Assembly: GCA_910592345.1 (NCBI GenBank)
Contig: CAJVPI010000116.1
Coordinates: forward strand, 1-52,447
Direction: 5' to 3'
DNA length: 52,447 nt
From: Paraglomus brasilianum
Taxonomy: Eukaryota
Position numbers and translations under genes: made by a program
In this document: positions 13,070-25,138 of the stretch, in pieces
How positions within the stretch are numbered: the stretch's first letter is position 1
Layout of the letters: every line of letters starts with the position of its first letter
Notes under the pieces: model-generated
Told to the model about the DNA's origin: nothing
Seen by the model: only the letters and a program-made list of their open reading frames with translations
Database searches by the model: none

Positions 13070-14639
13070 TTATCTCTTTTGTCGTTTCATTCTTCTCTTT
13101 AATGTCTCGAATTTTGTCCTTCGCTTTTTGATCTTATTTGGGTCTGTCAAAAGACCATCGAACAATTCATGTCGCTTGTTATTTTCCATCTTTCTGCGAG
13201 ATTGTTGGGTCAATTCATCCTAAGGATAAAAAACTTAAATTAAAAGCGGCATCCTAATAATATTGAACGCCTAACTCATGACCAAAGAGCGTTACATACT
13301 GCATCCTCATCCATTTCTTCGTCATTAGCCATTTTATCACGACGTTTACGACGCGCAAGGACGTTTACATCGCTTGGCCGAATGTCTTCGTGAATGTTAG
13401 CCAAATTGCTGAAATCATTTAAATTCTTACAGACGATAAATCATTCGGTCAGCATATTGTTTTATAATAAAAGTCATTCAATGTTTCGTATCCTGCGTCT
13501 AACATCTTACCTCAAACTCGTTCTCAAGTTCTCTTACTGTACTAGCCTTCATTCTTTTCAACTCTTTCTTTGGTAAGACAAGTCTCATAAAGTTTTCCTC
13601 TTCGTATCGCTCACGTTCTGCTATCTTCTGCTTATCCTTATCGTCCAATTGAGCTATGCTTTCCTGACTGGCACCTATTATGGCAACCTCTTCGGGACGA
13701 TCATCGTATTCTGTTATTATATCTTTCATTAAACGTGATTTCGATGCTCGAACAAGAGCACGAGCCCGCTCCTTTTCGCGTTTGGAAAGGTTTCCTATTA
13801 ATATTGCATATAGTTAGTTCGTCTAGGCCGTGTCAAGATAGAAAATGCATAGAAAAATGTAGAAAATAAAAACCTTTGTCTTCTTCAAAATGCACGGGTG
13901 CTAGTTTTGGTGCTTTGTATACACCTTGAGAGTCATCGGTCACATCTTGTAATTGGGATAAAACATAGCCCATTATTAATAACATTAGTAGCAGGATAGT
14001 AAACCAAATCCTTAAACTTATTCATATGGTAATAACACTCACCATTCTTAGATTCTTCCGTTCCAGCAACAAAATTATCTGGATTTGGCTTGAATGACAA
14101 TGGGTCGATCACTAAGGCAAGTTATTCGATCTGATTAGTTGCCAAACACCGTTTTTCATCCTAGTCACGAAATAACAGAAATGCCATACTTGCTGCTTTT
14201 GCGGTAGCTCTTTCTGTTTCAGTATTCTCCCCAAATTTAGCAGTTCGTATTAATTTATCGATTTGATACTTTAGTTTCTGTTCAATTGGTTTGATCTTCT
14301 CCAGTACGACACGTAATTCGACCAGATTCATGACAACGGAATGCTCGGATAACGGTTTCCCGTCCAGCTTTATATGGATTAAGAAAGCAAGATTTGTGAT
14401 ATACTGAAGCAAGCCGATGTTTTTTACGTCAAGGAGAGAAACGCCATTGATCGTTTTCAATTGATCACTATTTGTAATATCGAGTGTGAGTATTACTTAG
14501 CATTATGCTGCATGACCAGAAATAAAGCAGCTCTTTATTCTTACTTCTTGGTAATTGTAGATATTTGCTGTTTAACATCATTTATTTTGCCTCTTAATTC
14601 TCTTATGTTTCTAAGAAATTCTTCAGTGTCTTTCTGCAT
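13070..14639 (-). CDS. LCP5: Lcp5/Neuroguidin (Sas10/Utp3 family) SSU processome component; multi-exon
   Basis: 'GVSLLDVKNIGLLQYITNL..LVELRVVLEKIKPIEQKLKYQIDKL', 'DPLSFKPNPDNF', 'VYKAPKLAPVHF', 'DRPEE..ERERYEEENFMRL'. Confidence 0.92.
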
Positions 14640-14723
14640 TTTCAAGTTTGCACGTCACAATTTTTTTCTCATTCTAAACCAGGGAATTGTGCAACCTAAT
14701 CAGGTCAAATGACGTAGAAACTA

Positions 14724-14875
14724 CAGTCTTTAATTCGATTATACGTTAATTCGACCACTGGTTACATGACATTTATTATTATTTCTATTGTAATTAACTG
14801 ACGATAATTCGACTTGTACGTTAATTCGATCGATAACCTCGGAACGCAAGCGGTCGAATTATAGGCAGTTGACTG
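14724..14875. mobile_element. Degenerate MITE just upstream of LCP5
   Basis: TA|CAGTC ... GACTG|TA termini; internal repeated TAATTCGA and an inverted TCGAATTA. The left TIR is degraded. Confidence 0.55.
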
Positions 14876-14947
14876 TAGACCTTTTCAGTAATTGTGTTAT
14901 TTATATTATCGTTAACAACATATACATCATGCTAAAGTTCCCTAGTA

Positions 14948-15733
14948 CTAGTGACTAATAAGACATATTAATATATTTGGAAATGGCATATTCATAGCGA
15001 ATATGTCAACGGTATTTCTATAAGATTGCACGCCGTATGCCAGCATACGTTTTGCAATCTCATATGCCTCTCGCTCTATTTTGTTCTGCGCGATTGCCTG
15101 TAGGCAATCATCAAGTGCGTCCTTCATGCACCGGAAGAGCTTGCACCTATCAGTGTAGACCTTATCGTTATCCAGGCTGAAGGGTTTCCCCGAAAAATCA
15201 CCTATATGACAAGTTCTACACACCGTATACATGTTCCCTTTTGCAATTGATCATAGTCATATGACTTCTGTTTCAATATTACGTCTAATTAAGTAGTGTT
15301 TGTATTAGAGCTGTATGGCAGTGGATTAAATATAAAACAACAGGGGTCACATTAACATACCAAAAAAGCCTCTGGTTTCAGGTGGTATCAAGGCTTGGCT
15401 GGATGCACCATATTGCTGACACCACCCTAACCAAAACTTCGCAACATCCTCTGTCATTTTTTCGGCCTACAAAAAAAAACATTCAATGAGTTTTATTATT
15501 ATACTTATTTCAATAATAATTAAAGGTAGCAGCTTTCGTCTTTTTGTATCATCAAATACCTGATTGATGGTTCTTTCGTAAAACGTATACTCTGTGTTAT
15601 AGTCTAGCTCTTGCAGCCTCTTTAAAAATGACAGCAAGCTCCATTGTTCAAGTGGTCTGTTAAAATATGCTGCACCGACTGGTGGAGCATTTGATACAGA
15701 CATAGACATTTCAGCAGTAAAAGTGTTGTCCAT
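14948..15733 (-). pseudogene. Fragmentary gene resembling Mucoromycota Crinkler-like PD-(D/E)xK nuclease-fold families
   Basis: Two ORF pieces. The C-terminal piece 'GDFSGKPF..DKVYTDRCKLFRCMKDALD..AYGVQSY' resembles the recalled 'E.SG..D..KL.R.MKD' motif. It is too short to be complete. Confidence 0.45.
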
Positions 15734-16523
15734 CTTTTATTATTATAGTTTGTTATTAAAAAAACTAAAATTATAGCTATGCCTCATACTAATGTGTCGT
15801 TTATATATCTAGCCAATACTGATGACAACTCGTTTTTAATGATAGGATTTACTATTGTTTCGCCGACAGATTAAGGAAGAGAGTTTTTTCTTCGATCTTC
15901 ATGCTGTATAATCTTATTATTGGATCAAATCAGCCACAGTTTATATTTATGTTGCACCAACATTTGATAATGTGCAAAGTCAATCAATGCACAAATTAAA
16001 ATAAACGCGCTGATGTTAGGATATTAATATGTAAAATTAATAGCAATGACAATGACGTTTAATCGACTCTTTATTTCTCCCTACATTCCTCATATTCATC
16101 GCCTTTCTTCTTATGAGCGATCTCGTCGACTTGAATCAACTTTATCACACCATCTGTAATAAGAAAATAAAAAGCGGAATCATCTTGTAATTAATTAAAC
16201 TTACATGATATTAATATGTGTTAATGTTAATGAGCAATAATTATTACCCTTATTACAAAAATCTATCAAGCAGATTTTGGATTTGCCCTATCCAATTCCC
16301 CTCTCTCCGGCAAGATACTTCCAGCAAACAGATCGAACAAATGACATATATTAATATTATGGAATAATCATTTATTTATAAACCATGGCGATTAATAGGG
16401 TTGTCATATTAGTCTCTGAATCGACACTTTGCATTAAGTTCTTTGCGATTAAGACAAGTAGCAGAGTATTCGTTTATCGATGCTTTGTCGTAACAATGTT
16501 GTATATAAATAGTCCCATAACTA

Positions 16524-16730
16524 CACAATGACTCTCTTTATAGTGTATCAAAAAAATCTACTAGTAAAAAATTCTCAAAAATATACTATATCGAGAGTTT
16601 TTGAAATTTTATAGTAAATACACTATATCGGGTAGCATTCATTATAGATGGTTTTGAACCTTATCCACTATGTTGCGATTTTAATTAGTCTCCACTATAA
16701 AGGAGGTACACTATAAAGAGAGCCATTGTG
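16524..16730. mobile_element. 207-bp MITE with TA target duplication
   Basis: Left CACAATGACTCTCTTTATAGTGTA versus reverse complement of right CACAATGGCTCTCTTTATAGTGTA (24 bp, 1 mismatch); TA on both sides; internal CACTATA repeats. Confidence 0.88.
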
Positions 16731-16769
16731 TACTTCGTTGATTTTTGCACAATGTCCTTACGACGTCAA

Positions 16770-16850
16770 TCGGAAAAAGAGCTCAGTTGAGCATTGATAA
16801 TAAACGCGAAATTTGTGAATATGCAAACAAATTCAATTTAAACCATGCAA
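16770..16850 (+). mobile_element. pogo/Tigger transposase 5' fragment (CENP-B-type HTH); related copy at 49100-49170
   Basis: Encodes RKKRAQLSIDNKREICEYA; shares 'cagttgagcattgataataaacgcgaaatttgtgaa' with the copy at ~49.1 kb. Confidence 0.6.
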
Positions 16851-17035
16851 AAATTTTCTTAGAGCTTATACAAACTTCTAAGTAACACCTTGTCTCAGTA
16901 TGGAACTCACTGTCGTCAACGAATATCCATGCGACTAACACCATATAAGTAGCTAATTGAGTAAACCTTTTTCTTTGTTTACGTTCTCATTCCGTAGCCA
17001 AGATGTTCAGACGCTCTTCAAATGCAACTAATATA

Positions 17036-17220
17036 CAATCGAACCTCGTTATACCGAACTCCGTTACAAGTAAAAACCCATTAAACCGAAGGTAAGTACA
17101 GAAACGTCTGTAGCAAATTACCTCGTTAAACCGAATTTACTAATTGAACCTCGTTAAACCGAATTTCTTGGAATTTTTGCCTTATGGTCCCGACCTCTTC
17201 GTTATAACGAGGTTCGACTG
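17036..17220. mobile_element. 185-bp Tigger/pogo-type MITE
   Basis: TA|CAATCGAACCTCGTTATACCGAA ... TTCGTTATAACGAGGTTCGACTG|TA (23-bp TIR, 2 mismatches); two internal copies of CCTCGTTAAACCGAATTT. Confidence 0.9.
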
Positions 17221-17510
17221 TAGACAACAACAAAAACAATAAAATCTGCTCTAACTGCGGACATTTCGCGAAGAACTGTAAAGCATCTAGTAATAATATT
17301 TTTTTTTCGTTAGTTACATCCATTAAACCTTAGATATTCACTTGGACAAAATTTATTACAAATTGTTAATGTTAATGGTATAGTATACCGTAGAGGTCAC
17401 ATGAAATTAAAATGATTGGCATTCTCTAAATGCATGATGGTCTTGACGACGTGCACTTAGAGGTATTCTTATCATAATAACAGCTTTACGAAACACTATT
17501 TATATTGCTA

Positions 17511-20177
17511 TTATTGACTGGCATGAATATATACTAATGGTTGCATACGCCGTACACGTTCACTATCATCCTCAAGCTCAGCTGCATCAGGCCAGGCAAC
17601 AGAGCTTTTTCAGAGATGTTAAAACGTATGTTTTGATCTCAATAGATGTGAAGTGATTGAAACAAGCATACACTTCTTCTCCAAGACCATAAACAGCTAA
17701 TGACACTTGGAAAGTCTGACGTATCACAGAAGAAACTGATGTCTCTGATGGATAATGTGGATTATTTCTGCCAATTTTGACTCTTTTCAAGGGAATTTCT
17801 ACATTATCAGCTGGGCATTTCAATAAATTGGGGTTTGACAAAACTAATTTATACAAGCTGTCAACTTCTGGTAAAATACCAATATCTTCCACAACATGTG
17901 CTGTGCATTTCTCATCACCCAGCTGCAAATAGAGAGACAAATAAGGTAGTAAATGTTGTGTGGTAATTCCAGCAAACTCAGGGGAGAGTTTCATTCTTGA
18001 AGCTTCTTGGACTTGACGCTGTGATGGTGTATGTCTCCAGTTTTTGACTTGCACAAGAATATAGGTTATATTATTGATATTCATCCTTCCTTCAGGGTCT
18101 AGTAACACTGGTATGATAATGTCTACACCACATTGGTTATGTTTACACAATACAGCAGCTCCTTGTTCTAAGAATTTCAACAATTGCTTTCTTGAAGGTG
18201 TGTAGGTTATTGAGACAAAGTGATTGAATCATATATAACCTTTACCAAGTGGTGCTAGTGCATTGGGTTTACTGGTGGAAATATCTGTTGCAATTAGGTT
18301 AAAAATCTCATAATCCAGCAAAGCCTGCAAGAATTGTTGCACAGTGATGCCTTGTGAATAATAGCCAGGAAAATATGACACAGTCGCTTTAAACTGACTA
18401 CAAGCATAGTCATATGCCAACAGTAAGAGAAAATGTGCTACCAATTCACCACGATAACTGGCCTCTGCAACTCCTTCTTTGATACTATTGATTAACATAG
18501 TCAGCAGATCTGGTACAAGCAACCCATTGTCAATGTTCATGATATATGCTGCAGCCTCAGCTAAAGTTGGCTCAGACAAGTATGTTGATAGAATAGTTCC
18601 ACGATCTTCTGTAATATGTAGACAAACTCGCATAGCACTTGCTACTAATTCCATTGCAAGTTCTGACTGTGGTATTATGTTGAGTACAAGTCTCTGACCC
18701 AATACAGCGATAGCAACCAAGGGTGTAACTCTTTCATTTTTTATCTTATAATTTGAAAACCAATTACGAAAATCAACCCCACCAATGAGTTTACCAGCAG
18801 CCATTAGTAAAATATCCAACAATGGATATTTATTTTTAAGCTCTTTGGTGTGTTGTGCCTGTACTAAAGCTCCCCACAGTGGTCGCCCATAAAGCATCCA
18901 GTGATTAGGTTCTGCAAACTTGCTTAAATTTGTTGGAGATATCTGAGGAACAAAAATGTCAACAAAGTCAAGAAGATAATATGGTGGAAAGAGTCACATC
19001 TGTGAGACTGAAGCACATATTGAAGGTTCATGATGTTTTGTTGGAGAAAAATTAGAAATTCGCGAGAATGTGTCCATAACTATAACAAATGGAGATGATA
19101 CAGATTCTGTTCTTGGCAGTGCTCTGAAAGCTCGACAAGCATGTAAAAAAATATCTTTCTCAACAAGACTATGACATTCATCATAAACAAAGACAAGTCG
19201 GAAGTCTTTCATAAAATTTGGTCTGTTACACAGATTTTTCCATTTAGTTAACAAGAATTCCTTTCATCTTGCAGTTCCACTTCAGATTGAGGTTCTGGGA
19301 TTTCATTCTTCAAGTTCTCCATCAATGCATGAATTTGTGACCAAAAGGAACAACTTTTTTGAAAGTAAAACCATTCCAACGGCATCTTTAATGATGTGGC
19401 CAGTAAATCTATACAAGCACCCAGAAATAGCAGATGAATGTTTTCTGGATGAACAGAAATTTCAACCCCATTATTTGACATTTTTGTCAACTTATGATCA
19501 AGCAACAAGACTGGAGTGATGCTGGACCGTTTTGGATAGCCTAGATCTAATTCTTGTTGTACATTCCTCAAACAACAGTATACAACAAATACTCTGTCAG
19601 AAATCAATTTGAGGTTTCGAGGTCTTTATTTAGGCACACATGGGGTGACCCCTTATTTTCTGTGCTTCTACTACCTATCAAGACATATCTAGCACCTTGG
19701 GGTACTAGTACATATTACTAATAAATAAAACATAACTTACAAATAAATATAAAAATACATATGCTTATAACATAATTCTATTCTACTGTACATTCTATTT
19801 GATGATATTTACAAGACGGGTTGGCATCTCTCATATGAGAGGAATTGGATGAGCGCTCACTGTGAAAACAGGGAGCTCGGAGTGAAGAAAACAGCTAGAT
19901 ATGTCTTATCCGGCCAGGAAATCAATTTGATCATTGCAGACTTCCCCATGCCACTCGCTTGTACTACTGACATATATGGCGAATAATAATTACAATCGGG
20001 CGTCCACCGATTAATGCATTCCTCTTGCAAGAACTTGAGAAAGGCATTGACAGTATTGTTTTGGTCATGTTTGTCTTGATGCTCAAACGCATATTCAACA
20101 ACATCCATTTTCATCGCAAAAGCGTTAAGACCGATTTCAGGCTGCTTTTTTCCCAGACTCCTACCAACATGTCTTGC
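17511..20177 (-). pseudogene. Disrupted P-loop NTPase + C-terminal restriction-endonuclease-fold protein (Crinkler/RHS-class NTPase-REase)
   Basis: Five collinear ORFs. Walker A 'YSPYMSVVQASGMGKS', Walker B 'LVFVYDE', then 'YGRPLW', 'SEPTLAEAA', 'RGELVA', and nuclease-like 'NQCGVDIIIP...ILVQVKN'. Broken by an insertion (19613-19917), frameshifts (~19250, ~17600) and in-frame TGA at 18994 and 18229. 5' exons unresolved. Confidence 0.78.
19613..19917 (-). mobile_element. 305-bp insertion with 13-bp target-site duplication; probable 5'-truncated non-LTR retroelement 3' end or SINE-like element
   Basis: GAAATCAATTTGA at 19600-19612 and 19918-19930. Removing the insert and one copy restores GKSAMIKLISDRVFVVYCCLR. 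Confidence 0.85.
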
Positions 20178-20926
20178 TTTAGGAAATTAAAAAATAACAA
20201 CAAAGTTTAGTTAGCTCACAGACAGTTTGCCGACATTCCTCAGAGGTGGACAAGCAAAATATAAGATGTACCACTTTAGCAACAGAGAAAAACGACAAGA
20301 GCGCAAGTTAATGGACATTACAGAAATTATTAAGAACATTCTCTTGAATGAATGTATGAAAATAGTTATATTTGTTGTAACAGTATTCCAATATCCAACC
20401 ATACGGTGATATAATAGCATTTACTATGCTCTATTCTATACTCCTCCCAACGCGCGTGTTGTAATGCACTCCAACTCTGTTGACACCATGGCACCCCCGT
20501 TGCTCCTCTATTAACCCATAATGTCCCTTGTCCTCTCGAGTTTGTCTTTGAAACGAGTTTATGTATAACCTAGCTCTGTTACGATTCAGCTCTTCCCAAC
20601 TGTTGCGTTGATAACATTCGTAACTATCCTCCCAATAAACGTACTGTACATACCTTGTTGTTTTTCGTATGCCTTAATGATATCGGCTTCCGTAGCAATT
20701 TTATGCTTCCTTACATATGAACCGTAAAACGAGTCGGGAACATCATCTATAGTAAGTGGCATGCCGTCGAGTTATTCGAGGGAAACGGAAGAATGTGTGC
20801 ACGTTTATATGGTGCGCCGATTATCTATATATATCAAAAAAATTAGACGGTAGACATTACATATTTGCACGACGCTATTGCATACAGTGTAACGTAGAAG
20901 ATTTTTCTGGATCACGTGCCTTTCTT

Positions 20927-21110
20927 CCTCGACTTTGCCATGACCATCAATAAGACGCAAGGTCAAACTTTAAATTACGTAGGAGTTCATTTGCCGACTC
21001 CAGTATTTTCTCATGGCCAACTTTATGTTGCTTGCTCTAGGACTACGTCTAGACAAAGCCTTAAGATTCTAATAACAGGCCGGCTGAAGCGGAACATTGT
21101 ATATCCAGTA
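20927..21110 (+). mobile_element. Helitron Pif1-helicase C-terminal remnant
   Basis: 'FAMTINKTQGQTLNYVGVHLPTPVFSHGQLYVACSR...NIVY' corresponds to the Pif1 C-terminal motifs typical of Helitron RepHel. The rest of the ORF is missing. Confidence 0.85.
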
Positions 21111-22114
21111 GACTTTTTACGTAGACTTGAACATTACGACGAATATCTCAGAGCGAAATTAAGCAGTTTTATTAGATTTAGAATCTGACCATTTAACTTT
21201 GTCATTAAGTTGAATAATGTTTTATATAATATACGTCGTTATGTACGGTTACACACTACACGTATGCAGTTAGACCGTCAGCGTTAACAAACTCGTTACC
21301 ATAATAAAATTGTGCGATTTTATTGGTCAAAATTCTAATGTTTTCATAATTTTATGCCGTATCGTTAACATTTGACAGAATTATGCCACACTAGCAATTT
21401 ATTCAAATGTTCACTTTGTCTGGTTTTGTTGCAGCATGCCCCATTTCAGCCATAACAGACATGCTTGTCATTATTGATACACAAAAGAAGCATGCAGTGG
21501 TCAAAAGCTGATCTTGTTGGCAAACACCCAACCAAGGAAAAGCAAACGAGAGATGTCTACTGGAAATCAATTAGCATTTTTGTCTGCACCTGCGGATTTT
21601 GTCAGAGCTCAATATAATGAACCATCTTTATTGGACAAAAGCTGCTTTGGATAACGCAATTATGTCACTTGCGATTAGATAATCTTTTTGTGTACTTTGA
21701 AAATACGTTGCAGCAAGTGTTTTTGTTTTGGTGTCAATCTTGCTTTTTTTTTTATAGTTGAGTCATACAATAATTTATAACTTCGTATGAGTCAAGAAAT
21801 ATTTCGAAAGAGATAATTATCGGAAAGAGATTTATTGAGTTTTTTGTTAGATCACACTGTAAAGATGTTAAAGACAAGTCTCGTCGCGTAAATTTACATT
21901 CTCAGCCTACGATACTTATCTTTAGGCAGCATATTGAAGCGAAGCAAGAATTTCAAATAAATTGTTCAATCTTGAAGAATGATTTAGTTTAGTTCGTTCT
22001 ATAACTCTATTTATCATTCTCTTTGCATACAATCTTCAAGTTCAAATTATATTTATCTAATACTAATGTAGAAAAAGTCTAACACAACACGTTGTTAGCC
22101 TATTTTCATGTAAA

Positions 22115-23697
22115 TTATCTTTTGATGCAACTAATGAATTTGTTGTTAAGTTTTTTAGCCATCCAGAATATTGGGAGTTTGTAAGGTACACACCGTGAGA
22201 AAAGGGCACGTTCATCATTACGTGGCAGCGGAAGAGCGTTATTCGCCATGATTATATACTGGTGAATTGGGATATAAATTGACATTAGAGACTTTGTATA
22301 TACGATTCGATCTATGCTGGTCTATTCTCTGCTCCGTTAACAATAACTCGATAAACAAGTGCTTACTATCGGGAAGGCCATAGTAAATATCCCTGCACTA
22401 AGGAATTTGTTTGCGAAGAACGTAGCTCCTGTATAAAAGAAGCCTTTGATAGAAAACAACTGTAAGTATTTTTTCCCCCGTCTCGTCCATTACAATAACA
22501 CAATTACACGCGCATAAGCAGTAGAACTTGCATACCGAATCCAGCAAAGTAAGCCCATCTTTCTTCAAAGTAATTAATTCGTTGTTCCAGGTTCCATCCT
22601 TCTGCCGTCCATTTATATCTGAATTGAAGAAGAAAATATTGCTGATCAGCAACTCGAAGAACAAAAATCAATAGTTAACAACGACCCCTCGACCAGCTGA
22701 ATGTACACTCACTCAAAGCTGTAGAATGCGTATATCCAGCAGAAGAAGATAAAAGAGACCACCGGCCCAATCAACGGTATGCCATACACCAGTATCGCTA
22801 TAGCCACATAATTCATTACCAACAGCGCCCGATATACCTCATCTGCTATAATTCGTGGAATTCTATTGAAAAAAAGCTAACTGAGGCTCTATGGAAGCGG
22901 CAAAAACTATCCGCATTATTAATTAAGCACTCTTAGTAAGCAATCATCTTACCTGAAATAAGACATCTTTCGGACAACAGGCTGTCCATAACATAGACTG
23001 TAGGCTTTGTCCGCTATTTGTTGATACCATATTGCGTTCAGAATGAAGCTTAGTAAAAATACGGGATAAATCCAGAATAACTACAACATGGTTGCATTCC
23101 GCATTAGCACAGCTTGCATAACTTTTGTCAAAACATTAAACTGAGAATTGTATAATACACTACTTGATATGCCGATTTTACAAACAACCCAAGCATGGCC
23201 GTCACAAACAGGGAATGTTTCACTTTCCCCTCCATTTCAAATTCTCCTTTTTCTAGACCTTTTTCTTGATAACCAGATTCCGGTTTTGCTTGAAGTGTAT
23301 ACAACATTGGTAATACGACACGATTAAAGAATAATATGCTCCCCAGAAATATCGCTCCGTTCAAAGTGAAGCATTTCAAGGCGCGATTACGGATTGTGCT
23401 TGACCTATTAGCGAGGTCCACGATAGACGTATCGTCAGCGAAAATGATTGGTTTTAAGACATTCTAACCAGGATTAAAGTTACACATATGATACTCTTGA
23501 ACGTATAGTCATGTCAATGAAACTCACATATATACCACGATCAAGCTCGACGGCCAGGCGAACGCGTCTTTAACGCCGCACCAGAAATACTTTATGCATA
23601 ACTTTAACGTATCCGTTATACTACTTGGTATTGTTGGTTTTTGACTTGCTGCTCGTGGCTGCTGCCGAGCAGTCGTGTGTGTTTCTCGTATGCCCAT
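22115..23697 (-). CDS. EI24: EI24-family (etoposide-induced 2.4) membrane protein; 7 exons
   Basis: Spliced product has 'LKCFTLNGAIFLGSI', 'LFWIYPVFLLSFILNAIWYQQIADKAY', 'YAFYSFEYKW...LEQRINYFEERWAYFAGFG' and 'FPIYIIMA'. All introns GT-AG. Confidence 0.88.
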
Positions 23698-25138
23698 TGT
23701 ACAGTATGATCAATGAGAAAATATTTGGGATCTTGCAGCAGCATTTTTATAATAGTATCAACTGATCTGCGGCTTGTACAACCCCCAGTACTGGTGAATT
23801 CTAAAGAGCTGCGGTAACAAATGGTTGATCGGATGATATCTCCGGTACTGCGCCATACAGTTGCTTGGTCAATAAACCCAACAGTATGTTGATCTGTCAA
23901 CCATCAGGTATCGATGTAATGATGCACAAGTATGCCTGTTATTATATTAACGATGCAAAGTATGCATGCTATTATTTTACTGTATATTAACATATAATGA
24001 CACATCAGATCTTGATTGGTTGGTTGAACAGACTGCTTAAAAGGTTTTATGCAAACGCCCAATCGAAATAATTTGTACAATGAAATTATCATAAACAAAG
24101 GTCGGCTAAGTATTTGCATCTAAGGGTAAGCGACAAAAATGTATTCGGCGTAAATCCCATGATGGGTTTGAGGAGATCTCCCCAACATTTGTTGGCAGTA
24201 CTATTTGTATGATTTACGCGATTGCACCGAATCTCTAGTTGAAGGCCTACACTAGCTGGTCAGTCCTTTACAAATACTGTATGTATCAGAGAACCAGTAC
24301 ACTAAATGTTGCCAAGTAGATTACTGCTACAGGACGTCTTGGTTGAGCCATAGTTCGATTTATGGTCAAGATATTTGGTACGGTAATTCCCAGTTTTCCC
24401 TGCTACTATCAGATGTATCTTGTCCTAATACTAATTGCAAAGCTTAAGTTGTTCGTCTCCTTTCTAGCTATGGCATATAATGGTGCGTTGGCGCTCGGGA
24501 CGAAGTTTCTGTTTCGCAATCCACCCACTGCACTGTTACAAGACATTCGGTAAATAATGTATGATATACGATAATATAACGTTATGTGCATACATACGGA
24601 AAGAACAAGAATCTATCAAATAAAGACACTTATGTTCACAGAACTTGTCACATAATCTTCCGTGGTATTGATAACAGTATAACGTGCGCGCCGTGGAAAC
24701 CGGTCCGCAGAAATACTTGTGACATTTTTGGAAAGCTAAAAGGCGGGGATCCTCCTCTACATCCAAACGTGTAACAAGCAAAATGATGAAAGTTGAGTCA
24801 TGCTCGTACAAATAAGAAGCGTACTGGATCATATCGTACAAAGTTTAGTATCTAAATTGAGGGTGAAGAATTCAGACAGAATTAAGCACTAAAGATTAAA
24901 CTGTTCCGAGTATAACGATAAGACGATCTATTTAGTAAGCCGCAGTAGATAACAAAAATATTGCTACCCTGAGAAACGAAATGCGTCTAATGCAAGTAAT
25001 AATATGAATTCATGAGGGCTTATGTGACTTTAAATCACAAACATATTAATATGGGTGTGCTCTTAATATTAAGTAGCCAAAGCCTATCTTGTATCCATGA
25101 GCAAGGACAGAAAAGTTTGAAAGAGAATGGCCAATGTA

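Noticed and set aside
18229..18996. In-frame TGA codons as selenocysteine, readthrough or an alternative genetic code
   Set aside because: The same gene has frameshifts and an insertion, and TGA is a normal stop in flbA, BET4 and ITFG1 here. CGA-to-TGA decay explains them.
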